Assembly (NCBI GenBank): GCA_008632985.1
Contig: QPGO01000131.1
Location: 186,001-232,843 of the forward strand
Direction: 5' to 3'
Length of the DNA: 46,843 nucleotides
From: Psammoneis japonica
Lineage: Eukaryota
Shown: positions 25,138-37,666 of the stretch, piece by piece
Position numbering within the stretch: the stretch's first letter is position 1
Layout of the letters: each line of letters starts with the position of its first letter
Program-made: the position numbers and the translations under genes
Notes under the pieces: model-generated
Told to the model about the DNA's origin: nothing
Database searches by the model: none
The model's input: only the letters and a program-made list of their open reading frames with translations

Positions 25138-25459
25138 GTTGCTTCTTTGTTTTGGGCAGAAGCGTCGGCTGCAAAAAGTTCTCATCGATCGATGAAAGAT
25201 CGGTGTCACGTACAAAATGTACTGAATTCTACACAGAAGATCTTTCCAAAGAATCTTCAACAGTGAAGTTCCGAATTCCTTATCTAATCTTTTCGTCTGT
25301 CAGTCGACGCAAAAATAAGGGCAAACAAAAATCTCGTGTTGAACTTTCAAAGACATCCAACAAAGACGATCTTGCATCTTGCCGTTGCTGTCCACCTTAC
25401 AAGCTCTCTCGCTGCACGCTAATAGCCATCCTTTGTGTGTCGTGGACTAGGACGTTGTA

Positions 25460-26805
25460 ATGGTTCGAACGAGAGCTCCCTTTGTTTTTGCCTTATGGCT
25501 GCTGGTGGTGGTATTGTCAATCAGCACTAGTACAGTCGAGAGCAAGACATTTGCAGGCATGGCGGCGACATCAACGCCATCACCGTCAAACCGAAACAAC
25601 CAACAGCTCCATCAGAGGCCGGGTCACCATGTATCCGAGTTGGAAGAGAGTCCTAGTAGTGCGGTATTACCTCATTCTGTGGGATCCACGTTACCTCGTG
25701 GTGGAGCAAGTGAATTCACATCGGCATTGATTGCGAGACTCAAAATCGGATTCTACTTTGCTCTGTGGTATGCTCTCAACATTATTTACAACAGTAAGTT
25801 CAGTACAAGTGTGATCTTTATCTTATAACACCTCACTAACTAAGCTTGTATTTTAACCAAACTCTACCGCTCGCAGTTGTGAATAAAAAAGTGTTGAACG
25901 ACGTACCTGCGCCCTTGACTGTGGGAACGCTCCAATTTGGTGTTGGCGCATTGTACGCAGCCACACTATGGGGACTAAGGCTCCGCCCCACTCCTAAACT
26001 TACACAAGACGGCAAAAAGGCGGTGTTCAACATTGGTATTCACCACTCTCTAGGACAGCTGCTCAGTATGGTTAGTTTGGGTGCAGGTCCTGTATCCTTT
26101 ACGCACATTGTCAAGGCATTGGAACCATTCTTTAGTGCCATGGTATCCGGAATTATGTTTGGAAAATGGATGAAACCACAAGTCTACGCCACACTGATAC
26201 CGGTTGTTGGTGGCGTCGGTTATGCCTGCCTCAAGGAACGTTCCTTTTCATGGCTGGCCTTTTGGTGTGCCATGGGAAGTAACTTGGCCTTTGCACTTCG
26301 AGCCGTTGTGTCCAAGTTTGCAATGTCGACGCATGTCGGTGAAAACATCACGTCGGCAAACTTGTTTGGACTCGTCACGTGGGTTGCATTCATCTTGTCC
26401 ATTCCGATAGCTCTCATCATGGAAGGAACGTCCTTCTTGTCGCTCTGGTCCAAGGCGTTGGACGCGGAAAACGGAAAAACCGCCGTGGAATTGGCGAGAC
26501 GTGTAGTCGTGTCGGGACTCTTTCATTACCTCAACAATGAAGTCATGTACCTGGCGCTATCCAATGTCCATCCCGTCACCTTGGCGGTGGGAAACACCAT
26601 GAAGCGGGTATTCATCATGGTGGCGTCGGTGTTGGTTTTTAGGAATCCGGTTTCGCTTCAAGCCGGAATCGGATCGGCGATTGGAATTTCGGGGGTTCTG
26701 TTTTACAGTCTAACCAAGCAATATTATGAAAAGCTAGAAGCAACTGCAGTCGCTACACCACAAACAAAAAGGCGCAAACTGTCCGCAAAGTCATCCAATG
26801 TCTAA
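25460..26805 (+). CDS. TPT: Triose-phosphate/phosphate translocator family (plastid envelope/cER), 2 exons
   Basis: Exons 25460-25793 and 25877-26805. Signal peptide and presequence ending LPRGG. Family motifs YFALWYALNIIYNIVNKKVLN, GAGPVSFTHIVKALEPFFSA, LFHYLNNEVMY, HPVTLAVGNTMKRV. Confidence 0.93.
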
Positions 26806-27140
26806 TTACTTCTTCTCGAACCATGGGATTGGGATTAACTAATGGGCAGGCGTTAAAGATTACAGCTGCTCAAATCAATGCTTATCCATACCGATAATAG
26901 CTAGAACTGGTGGTAGGTTAAATAAACTAAAATCAACAGGGCCTTTCAAAGTGTGCGGGCGCTGATGATTTTTTGCGAGAATTCTGGAGCTCGGACCTCG
27001 ACAGCGAAGACGTCCAATAGGAATCATTCGAAAATGTCGCGTTGGTCATAATTTTAATATTTTAGGGCCCTACATAAGGAAAAACACAAAATCGTGTGGA
27101 AATGTACACAATGTCATACGAGAGAGTGATTAGAGCTAAT

Positions 27141-27251
27141 AACTTTTCGGGAACTGAATTGAAATGCTATCTGATTGACGGTATTGGCCTTCACCATGTA
27201 AATCAAAATACCGTCAATGAGATAGCATTTCAATTGATTTCCCGAGAAGTT
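27141..27251. repeat. Long inverted repeat / hairpin
   Basis: Core arms 27157-27185 (aattgaaatgctatctgattgacggtatt) and 27207-27235 (aataccgtcaatgagatagcatttcaatt): 29 bp with one mismatch and a 21-nt loop. The stem extends imperfectly to aacttttcgggaa / ttcccgagaagtt. Confidence 0.9.
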
Positions 27252-28399
27252 GGCATTCGTATACGGACGGATGGACAGACTGATAATAATTATTTTTAGT
27301 GCTCTCCTACACAATTTCTACGTGATGACTCTCAGGACCCGAATGATTCCCATTGACCGTCGGCAGTTCTTTTCACCGTACGTACGCGGTTCTTGCATCG
27401 TAACGTGTACGTAGGAATTAGCAACAATTTTGAAAGCACCGAGTTTCAACGATTCTTCTGCGTACGAAATCATGGCAGCAATCCTGCAAAGGTGCACAAA
27501 ACTGACAGTGATTGAGAAATTTAGCAACGGTCATGACACAAACAAAATCTCTCGGAAATTCTTTCGCGCTCGGTTTTCGCTCACAACTCGTCGTCTCGCA
27601 CGATGATGTGCTTGTTGTTTGCCAAGCCTGAGTGCCGCAATCACCAAGGGTGGCTCACCCTTCCCCTGGATTGAGCACCCGCTCTCGTTTGGCATTCCAC
27701 AAATCATTTGGCTTGATGGCGTGTTGTCTCTGGGTGGCGCAGGTGTTGCCAGTTAAGTCCAGAGGTCGGGGCAAATCGAGTGCGTGTCTCCGGCCTGGAG
27801 TCCATGTTGCTCCTGTGTCTTTGACCACAGGAAGTTGCCTGCTCACTTGACCCGTCAGGTCACGGCTGTTGAAACAGACAGCAGCACTCATCTGTGAAGC
27901 AGCAAAAGCTCGCCAAGCAGATCACACCATTGACGGAACGCAGGGTTTGGGGTTCCGTCGCATCAGTGACGTGGTGCGGCAAGTCTTCACTCGTAGAGAG
28001 TGTTGATTTGGTGCGCGGTTGACTCGCAAGTTTTCTTGTTGTCTCCACAGTGCGTCCCCCCTTTTACATTTTTTTGAGTGATGTTTCACTCTGAAGATGC
28101 GCAAAAGCTTGAGCTCCATCTTTTGATGGTGCTCTTGAGGCAATGTCACCCTGCGCGACCAATTTCTGTGTCAACTTTTGACATTGGCATGTTTCAAACA
28201 TTTGTGATGCGCTTTGAAACTCACCCAACAGATGCAGAAAGACTGAAAGCACAAGATGGCAACACATGACTGCATGCAATTTGTTCCGCACACACATCAA
28301 TGGACTGCGATGACGGTCGCATCATCAACTCTCTCCTTGGCATTTGCTGGCAAAGTGCACAGAAACAGGTGATGCGAATGAGACTCACTGCCAATTTTG

Positions 28400-29000
28400 C
28401 ACCAATGACAGTCGGAAAGGAAAACCCGAGCGGGTCACAACCATGGAGACCCCATGGCTCACCACACTGACACTGCACTCGCAGTCCATCCCACAACCTG
28501 TGAGGACAGTGGAGTTTGGAACACTGGTCAAGGTGTTCCCTTCTTGTGCCTGAAAACACTCAAGCATTTCGCTCTTTCAGTGGACGAGACTGCCTTTCTT
28601 GGTGCTGTCCTTGAATTTGAAGATCCCCGCAAGGCAGAAGGAAGACCTCTCGTGTGACTCAGCCAGTTGACCCTTGAAATGAAGTGTCAATGTGTGCAAC
28701 GCCAAAATCGAATGACCACGACAGAAGCAGAACATGCAAAGGAAGCATTTGCCTGCAATCCAGGATCAATCTTCAATGCTCCAAACTTGTTTTCCAACTC
28801 TTGGAGATCTTCCATGAAGGAGCAATTCGGTTGGGTGCAACTCTGGCCTTTCTTGGCTGGCATCGGCGCATCATTGCAGCTCAGTGTGAACTTTTGCATC
28901 AAGTGCGCAACAACAATGGCCCCAGATCGCGAAACGCCCATGCTGCAGTGCACCAACACATGTTTGCCACTGCGGATGTTCCTCGCATTTTTTTCATCCG
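28400..29000 (-). pseudogene. Decayed dual-specificity protein phosphatase (possibly DUSP12/YVH1-like with Zn-binding tail)
   Basis: The catalytic loop HCx5R is present in GKHVLVHCSMGVSRSGAIVVAHLMQK...QPNCSFMEDL, with AYLM read as AHLM. The frameshifted downstream KLHCP...WDG...QCQCGE resembles the YVH1 zinc-binding region. Confidence 0.7.
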
Positions 29001-29099
29001 AGCGCGAAAGACTCTGTTTGTTTCAAAAAGGTTGGGTTGCCGAGAAGACATGTCCCCACCCAGAAACGAGCCACATCATTGGAAAGAGTTGACATCTTG

Positions 29100-30800
29100 A
29101 CGGTGCTGTCAAACACATTTTCTTCTTCTTGAAGAATTTTGGGTTCCTCATCCAACGAAGCTGCAAGCTGCCAAGCATCATTTCCCAACATCAAATTTCT
29201 GTCAAATGTCATTGTTGAAAGCCGTTCTTGAGTCATCAGTTTGTCCCAGACGACACCAGCTTGCCTCGGCGGCACTGCCTCAAAATGTCCCTGCCACACC
29301 TCGCCTCACATGCCGCCAGCAACTCCTCCTAGAAAAGAGCAGCAACTTCAAATGAGATGCGGCAGCTTGGTCGAAAGGAGAAATGTGTGCATCGCAGAGA
29401 ATGCTTGCCTTCGGCTTTTGGAAAAATTGAGAATCCATTCAGCCACAAAGTCTGCATCTTTTGCAACACTGCTGAGAACAGCTTTTGCTGCATTTTCTGG
29501 GAGGCATTTGAATGTTCCGTCATCTTCTCCCGCTGGTGAGCCGATCTTGGCGTCGTGCAGCTTTTTGCTGTCATGCAACCATGCAATGGTTTGAGTCGAA
29601 GGATGGTTCAGCAGCACACCAACAGATGTGGCTTCGTCGTCTTGCATGAGAAGTGCAACTGACTTGTGAAACTCTTGGTTGTCCAATGAGAAGGGTGACT
29701 GCGCCAATGAAGAACCTCGCAGCAGCGTTCCTGCGCACATCTCGCTTGTCCCATTCATTGACTCTGTGGCACGTTTGATCAACAAATCAACAGAGTCAAG
29801 CTGTGTGTCACTGCCATCGCCACCAATTTTTTCAAGTTCGTCTTCTGTTGTCTCTGAGTTTTCATCGTTGTCAAAGACAAGCATTTCTCTGCAGCAGTCC
29901 ATTCCCGCAGCATGAGATCTTCAAAGTCATTCTCAGACATGGCCGCCTTTGTCTCCTCCTTACAATCAATCATCATCATGAGTGTGTTCCAAGTTTCGAT
30001 CCCCGCTTCACGTGGATCTTGGTTGTCTGACCTTGCTTGGCAAGCTGTTGCAACAGAGTTTTAGAGTCTGCTGCCACCACACACCAGGACTTTCGTTCCA
30101 ACTCATCTAAAAGTTGCCCAGCATTCCAACCACTGCATCCGCAGAACACCCAAAAGTCGGTTGAAACTGAGCCAACATCATCAACTGGCTTTTGAGCTCC
30201 TTCAAAAGATGTCCACTGCCGGTCAGTCAAAAAGAAAAATTGGACACAGCCATCTCAGAAGTGCCGCAGAGATGAAAAAGAGCAAAGAATGTAGGAAAAC
30301 AATCTTGGGATTTTCTGATGACAAACCTTTTGCATCCCCACCAAACCAAACATGCCATTTGTTTTTCTCGTCGGCATTGTCCAATGGAAATCCATCCTGG
30401 CAAATAAAATCATCGTCAGACAGCACCAGATTTGTGGGGCATTTCAGCATCACGCCCCTTGCAAACATGTTTTCCTTGTGTTCCAACACCAAAATTGCAC
30501 ATTTGCGAAAGCACTGTTGCTGCAGTCCATTGCAGAAGTCTTGCTGTGGCTGACTCAACATAATTGAGCCTTCTTCAATGGCATTGCCACTCTCATGAGC
30601 CCACGACGCACCAAGCTTGCTCAAAGACAGAGTGTCGCTAGAGTCTGTCCGAGGCATTTTTGCCGAGATTGCTGTTTCCAGTCACCAACTGTGCACGAAA
30701 TTGCCGCCAATCCTTGTCTTCAATGTCGATCAAGTCATCTTCATCATCTTCGTCTGGATCTTCAGAACTCATTTTGAGGATCCAGCCACATTTCATTGGG
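29100..30800 (-). pseudogene. Decayed DUF179 (YqgE/AlgH-like) double-domain algal protein
   Basis: Fragments DWRQFRAQLV, SWAHESG...IEEGSIML, GLQQQCFRKCAILVLEH...GVMLKCP, WHVWFGGD, FWVFCGCSGWNAGQLLDELERKSWCVV, EDLMLREW and QEFHKSVALLMQDD...GVLLNHP, separated by stops and frameshifts. Confidence 0.8.
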
Positions 30801-31489
30801 TTCTGCACATTTCGTAAGTTCTGCTCTAGAGAGCAATGCTTTGGCTGCAGAAAGGGTTGAACTTTGGCCAGCGACAACATGACAAAAAAGAGATCTGGAT
30901 GAGCATGGAGTGTCTTCGACATGATGACTTTGTCGTTGGAGATCTCTTGTCTCTGCAGTCTCCATTTGCTTTGCTGTTCATGACGGTTTGTCCTGTCATC
31001 TTGATCTGCCATCGTTGATGGGCAGGGCGGGTGCATCGTCCGCTCCCGCTGAGTTCTGAGCCAGTCCACCGCGCAGCTCGCATGCTGTGAGCAAGGACCG
31101 AGTGAGAGACCATGAGTGCACACATCCAACACGCGCCTCCACGCACATCTTGGAGAAAAGCCGTGTCTGCATTCTCCAATTCGCTCACTTTTTCAACTTG
31201 AAGAACGCCATTTGAGAAAATGTGGGTGCTTCCAAACATGGTGAGGATTTTGCAAAAGAACAGGGCCGTCGATCACCACAGAGGGAAGAGAGAAACAGCT
31301 GAGGAGGATGGAGGCCATTGGAAACCCGCTGATGAGCATGTGCTCAACACAGCCTTCGTCTCGTTCCTCGGTTTCACAGTCATTCAAACAATCTTTGTGC
31401 TGCAAGCAAAGAGCAAGGTGAGTGAGCCATTTCATCTGCATTTTGTTCCCTTTTACTTGTGTGCATTGTTCTCCAAGTGTCTTGATCCT

Positions 31490-31872
31490 CTCCTTCTTGA
31501 ATGATGCCACATTGCAACAGCCCATCATCCACAGGTTCCTCAAAATCATCAGACAGTTCTTCCACATCATGTGGTGGTTCATTCAAGGAATTGTCAGGCT
31601 CCTCATCTGCCACTGGAATGACTTCCTCCTCAGTGACAGAATTGTCATCAACAGCAACAGCAGCATCAGCCAAGGGTTCCTCTTCACACCCTCTCCTTCT
31701 GGGGTGATGTCGTGTTGCAACAACCCATCATCCACAGGATCCTCCAAATCATCCATCAGCACTTCCACATCTGGTGGATCATTCAAGGCATTGTCAGGTT
31801 CATCATGAACTTCAACGACTTCATCCACTGGAGCAACTTCCTCCTCAGTGACAGGATTGTCGTCAGCAGCAG
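31490..31872 (-). repeat. Two-copy ~200-bp tandem duplication within a decayed acidic coding region
   Basis: DDNPVTEEEV...EPDNALNDPPDVEVLMDDLEDPVDDGLLQHDI vs DDNSVTEEEV...EPDNSLNEPPHDVEELSDDFEEPVDDGLLQCGI. Confidence 0.8.
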
Positions 31873-34699
31873 CAATGGGGGGATTGGTGCAGTTGGTTCT
31901 GCAACTGCTGCATCCAGTGGTCTGCTCAATGGCCGATGGAACAACAACAGCCTTGGTTTCATCATCTGGGTGCAACGTGGGTGTTGAATGCATTTGGCAG
32001 CCCTGCCAGTGTGGATTGGAGGAAGGTCACCGACAAAGATGTTCTTGATCAGCTCTTCATCTGGAAGCCACTCCAAATGCTGATGATGATGCTGCCGAGC
32101 CAGCTTGTCTTGGTTCTCATCGATTTGTCTCAAAGCAAAGTCCAACTTCCAATCTAACAGCACTGGAATCTTGGTTGTGCACTTTGGATCTTGAAGAACT
32201 TTTGGAACAGTCACGCCAGTTGGGATGGCACAAAAGCAAGCACCGCATGGGTTCTTCAGCCCGGCGGGTCTCCATCTGACACTCCTGCAGCAAAAGCATT
32301 TGTGCTTCAACAACAGCAGCCAAGTGACCACAAACCACAAGGAAATGTGGATGGCACAATGCATGGTCCATGCAACCAATGCAAAACAAGAGTGGCCGAA
32401 ACAGCGTTGCACACTCTGTCCCAAAGAAGTGTGGCAAGGTCATCAATTTCCATCATTCAGCAGTGCAAGAAATGGACAGTGGTGCCAATCAACTTCAGCA
32501 AACAGCATGCGAACACCACAGCAAATGCAAAAAGGAGAGCTGTGCAGACTGCAAGGACAAAAGACGCCAGTTCTTCAATCATGCAGTGGATCTTGTCCAC
32601 GGCAACACACGAAAAATCCATGCTTCTCAAAGGAAACCACCAACAATTCGGCCATGGTTCTGCTTGCTGTGAAACATGCGCAGCAGGAGATTGACAAAAA
32701 GAATGAGCAGTGCAATGCATGCCATCACAATGGGGTGATGGCATCAACAAAGACAGCTGGCAAGAGTGTGCGCCAATTCAACAAGGTTGGATTGTTGTGT
32801 GGTGAGTGGTGAGTGAGACAGTCGCCTGTTGTTGCGGCTGGCATCATTCATGAACATGCAGAAACTGCACTGGAAGAGCCCATAGAAAAGCCAACAGTCA
32901 GCCATGCTTTTCAAGTTTTGATGGGATGTTGCGGCACGTTTGCATTTGGTTGCTTGTGAGCTCTTAAGGGGGGTCATTTGCCACTTTTTTTAGCTTGAAT
33001 TCAACTGAACAGCCAGTGCATGTGCACGATTTTTCCTGATTTTCACCGTGCTTCACCATGGTGAAAAAATCAAGCCACAAGTCTGTGATGGAGGTGGTCT
33101 GTCTGTCAACTCTCATTTGTTTGATGTTCACTGTGTGTCAAAGGAAGGTCATGTGTGCATCAAATGTTTGAGGATGGGCCACTGCATTTTTGAGCTGTGT
33201 TGACATTGCCATCATTGTCATGCTTCAATCATGGTGATTGATGTTCTTGTTTTCATGCACAAATGGGGGCAAATGCAAGCAATTTTTGCATTCAAAAATG
33301 AACACTGCAAATGTCTTTGTTCAAATGCCACGGCAATTCCAGGACAAAGCAGGGATTGCCCCCCACAAGGTGGAAACAATCAGAGGCCAGGATTGATGTT
33401 GGATGCATCCACAATGAATGTCATCCATTTTAGAGCTGTGCTCTGCTGCACAATTAAATTCAGTGTTGCTTCAACAGAGCCCATTCTTCTTGGGCCTGCT
33501 GCAAGTGCGCTTCAGACCCAAAAACAGCACACAGATTCTGGCACTTGCTCCCATGACACATTGGATGCAAAGGTGCAAACAATGAGGATGCACAGCTTTG
33601 AGCTCCTCCATGCACTTGTGCTGCAGCAAAAGAAGCTTCAATGAGGCGGACAGCTTTGTGTGCCTGGGGCAAGGAGTCGGGGAAGAGTTTCTTCAAGACA
33701 CACTGCAATGACTGAAATGCAGCAGCAGATGATTGTCATCACCGCCTCCAACTTCCCACGATTGTCTCCAAAAAACACTGAATGGATTTGTCCATTGACG
33801 TGCAAGGTCGATTTTGCAGCTTGAGTGCATGACTGCAGAAAGTGTCTGCTTGAACGTTGTCACAGAATCCCAGAGAGGAGCCAGTCCATTGATTTCCTGT
33901 GTGGCAAGAAATGAGCTGCTTGCTGTGGAGTGGTTGCTGTCAGCAAGAAAGCAACAACCAGGCTTTGTGCCATGTGTGCATTGATGTTCAGCGGAGGCTC
34001 CTGCTCTTTTGCATTTGAACTGCAAGAGTCAGGCAAGCATGGAGCCAATCATCAAGCCATGCAACGTCTTGAAGCAGCGCCAACTCCAAAATCCCATTCA
34101 CAACAGAACAACAGACCACAGCTCTTGGTCCATGAACAATGGTGTCCTTGGTGGGCCGCTGCTGCACGCATCTGCAGGACAGAAGCTTGCAAGAGAATTG
34201 TCAGAATGCGCACAGCATGGAACAGTTCTTCTTGACACAGGATGCTGCTGTTGTCAAGAGCAAGGAGAGTCAATGAAAGCAAGCAAGCAATTGACAACTC
34301 TGCCAATTGGAACATTGCCATTTGGCATTGCACGTTCAACACAGGTGACAAATGATTGTCAGTCTCCAGCTCCAATGAGCCACTCATGCCCCATCTCCTT
34401 TTTTAACTGAGGCTTTGCCATGCCATGCAACACAGTGTCATTGTTCCCAACTGCTGGTTGTGCGCCATTCTTGTGTTGTCCTGCTCTGCCATTTGTGCAC
34501 CCCACATGTTGAAATGTCAAAACTTCACTTGAGAAAAGCATTCCAGACTCAGCCACAACCCAATTGCATGTCATTCATGAGCTGCTGGTTCAATCTCAGC
34601 AAACAACTTGTCAAGAATTGCTTTTGGTTTCTTGGGTTCACAGGAGCTTTCTCTCAAAAAAGATTGTTGTTTGCTCTTGTCAAAGCATCGCACGGTGTT

Positions 34700-35680
34700 T
34701 TCACAATGTCATGCAAAAGTTGTGGCAAATCTTGCTCTGTGCCACAGCATTGCAAATGACCACCATGCTGGTGGGTTCCAGTCCATGTGTTTGATGCCGC
34801 CAATGTGCAGGGATCACAAGCAAATCTCCCATTTGTTGTGCAACTGTCCAGAGCTCTCTCAAATCAGGAGCATTGGCTTTCAACTTTGATGTGTTGCCAG
34901 CAACGGATTTCCAAAGCCTTCTGCTTTACTGACAGATCCATTTCATCCAAGGATTGAGCATTTGGAGTGCTTTTCTCTAGTTTGGTGCATGAGACAAAGT
35001 CACTTTGCCAGCCAGTGCTCAATGGCACATCAAATTCATCCCAGGCAACAGAGGTGAGGCAAAATGAGTTGAGCATTTCATCCACTGCAGCAAGATGCAT
35101 TGCCAAACTTTGCCACCCTCCAAACAAATGCTTTGTCCCAGTCCATTCAAGAGGATCACAATGCAAGGTCAAAGCAGAACCCTCTCCTGCAGCGATGACA
35201 CATGATGACAGTTTCGCCTGCGGTGGAAAATGATCAAGACAATCCTTGTCTGTGAACAATGCTTCCTGCACCTCAGCCAATTGTTTTGGCATGGAACCAA
35301 GTGATTTGTCCTTGTTTGGCAAACCTTCTTCAAATGTCAAACAAGAGTCCTCATGATTGGAGTCCACAACAGCAGTGATCCCTTGAATCAAATTGAAGCA
35401 CTGCCAACAGACCAAGGCATTGCACATTTCCTTGCATTTGGATGAACTGACTGCAGCTTTCATGAGCACTGGAGTTTCAAGAAATTTGTCTTTTGGAGAG
35501 AATGGTGACAATGGCCAGTTGCATCAAAGTTCTCTGCATCAATTTGCTCCCCTTTTCTTGTTGTTGATTGTCTGTGGACAAGAGGCAGAGCAACTGTGTT
35601 GCTCCGAAGACAGAAGATGCTGCAACAACAAGCACGGCAACAGCAACTAGCGTCTCCAACAAAACCATTCTTTTCTTCAC
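34700..35680 (-). pseudogene. Decayed JmjC-domain protein with signal-like N-terminus
   Basis: AGEGSALTLHCDPLEWTGT (HxD box) and QQMGDLLVIPAHWRHQTHGLEP (GDxLxIPxxWWHQ box) lie in different frames with stops. Upstream hydrophobic leader LVAVAVLVVAASSVFG. Confidence 0.72.
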
Positions 35681-36329
35681 ATTTTAAAGCACAGAAACTG
35701 GGAAAACAGAGAACAAGAGGCAGGATTGCATCAATGTGGATCAGACTTTGTTTTTGTGGATTGACGGTTTTCTCACCAGAAATTGTGCACTCGCATCAAG
35801 CTCCAACAAACTGAATCTTTGTGGTTGTCCCACTGCTTTCACTCATGACCCAGTTTTTGGTTTTTGTAAAATTTCTGCAGGCTCTGGTGTGTTCCTGCAA
35901 CCTTGCCAGGTCTCAGCATGTTGCATCAAAAGCCTTGCTTGATTCATTTTTTGTGTTTTTTTATTTTGTTTGGCATTGTGATGATGGGAAAAGCAAAGAA
36001 ACAAACAGCGGCCAAGAAGGCAGCACTCCAAAGCTGGATCACCAAAAGCCAAATCAAGTGAAGTGAGGATGAGGCTAAAAAGAACACACCACTCCCAGTG
36101 ACAGGCTTGAAAGAATTCTGTGTGTGCCATTGTTTTGACAACAGTGGCAACCGTTTGGTTTGACATGAGAAGCACATGTCAAGCAAGAGAACAATTCATG
36201 GAGCAGATGGTGCAAGAACAAACACAACTCCATTCAAGGAACCCTTGGAGTCACATCTGGGACTCTCATTCAATTTGGTCATGGTCCATTCAAAAAGAAT
36301 TCTGACACCAAGAAGCTGATGAAAGACTT

Positions 36330-37050
36330 AGAAGGGAAGTTGGTTCCAGCCCAGGCAAGGGTTGTTGAGTTTGAGAAAGACCTGCCAAGGTTTTAGGATG
36401 CTTGCTTTGGGGCCAAGATCTTCAGGAACTGCAATGCTTGTGTGCAGGCATGGGCTTGCTTGTCATTGGTGTCAGGTTCATTGATGCTTGTCAGACGTCA
36501 CTTGGTTCTGTCCTCATTTTGAGAACTTGGAGCTGCCTGCAGAGTCAAGGGACCATCTCAAGGATGGGCTCCCATGGCCTGTCATTGTGGGATTCACAGA
36601 TTGGAAATCTCAACCTGAGTGGCCCAAGCTTCTGCATCCAGCGTGCAAGGTGTGACTCTGTGCCAACACCAAGGATTTGCAGTTTTGCCCCATCCATTGG
36701 TTGATGAAGCATTGGGAGCTTTGTGGCCACAAGTTGATGGGCCCAACTGCAAGCAAGGTTGGGTCTTCAACATTTGTGAGACAGTTGAAGAAGTTGTTTG
36801 AGGCTGCTGGTCTTGGTGTGTGCTCCAGTCACTCCATCAAAGATCTGCAGCACAGTGGGCTCATTGTTGCTGTGATGCCAACATTGTCATCATTTGAAAT
36901 GTTGGCAGGCAGCATGGCTTGGAAAATGCATTTCTGTGCAGGTCTGAAGGTGAGAGGATTGGGCAAGAGAAGCGACTTCCTGACAACAATTGCGACCCAA
37001 TTTGGGACACATGGGTGTTTGACACCAACACCACCGTCCACACCATGGAC
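36330..37050 (+). mobile_element. Decayed tyrosine recombinase, Crypton-like DNA transposon relic
   Basis: Own translation across frameshifts: SDVTWFCPHFENLELP...DGLP...FTDWKSQ...LQFCPIHWLMKHW...LKKLFEAAGLGVCSSHSI[K/R]RSAAQWA...II*NVGRQH...AFLC. This gives the HxxR box, a GRW-like box and the catalytic Tyr position read as Cys. No RT was recognised nearby. Confidence 0.6.
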
Positions 37051-37666
37051 AAAGGTGCCTCTAAACAATGCTCCAGTGCCAGCTGAAAATCAACAAAAAC
37101 AAAATGCTTTGTTGCCAAGCATGGCTCTGTTGCCAAGTGCAAACTGGTGTGCATGCTGCTCCATCCCCAAGCACTTGCATCAACACCACTTTCTTGCAGT
37201 TGACACAAAAAGAGCACTGTGTGCTGCAAATCTTTGAATGCATCACACCATGAAGTGCTGGGCTTGTGGGTGGTGCCAAATTTCCTCAGATCCACAAGGC
37301 TCTGTTTTGGAGTTGTCGGGCCATTGTCTTCTGGCAACTTGCAAACTGCACAGTGTGCCATGCACCACAAATCAAATTTTGAATTTTGGCTCCCTTTCTG
37401 TTCTGCTTTTTTCCTGCTTTTGTCATCCCACAGTCTGCAAGGAGAGTGTGCACAATTGTCTTCTTTGTCCACAACTTGTCCTCAAATGCAGTTTTTTTTT
37501 CAGCATGTCCAAGACAACAAAAGCACTCACATCCATTGGTTCTTGACATGCTGCTTCATTTTTGGGGCAAGGCATGTGCTGATTGGAGGTGAAGCTGTTG
37601 ACCTTGCACTCCACAAAGCTGCACATTGCAAAAGATGTCTTTTTTTACACACAGAAAGGATTTCTT

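Noticed and set aside
14901..25460. Antisense and alternate-frame ORFs overlapping PFKFB, the SET gene and the GDH-like gene
   Set aside because: Shadow ORFs of well-supported genes, with no independent motifs.
32000..34400. Further decayed coding-like segments between the DUF179 and JmjC relics
   Set aside because: Probably more pseudogenes, but no family could be recognised with confidence.
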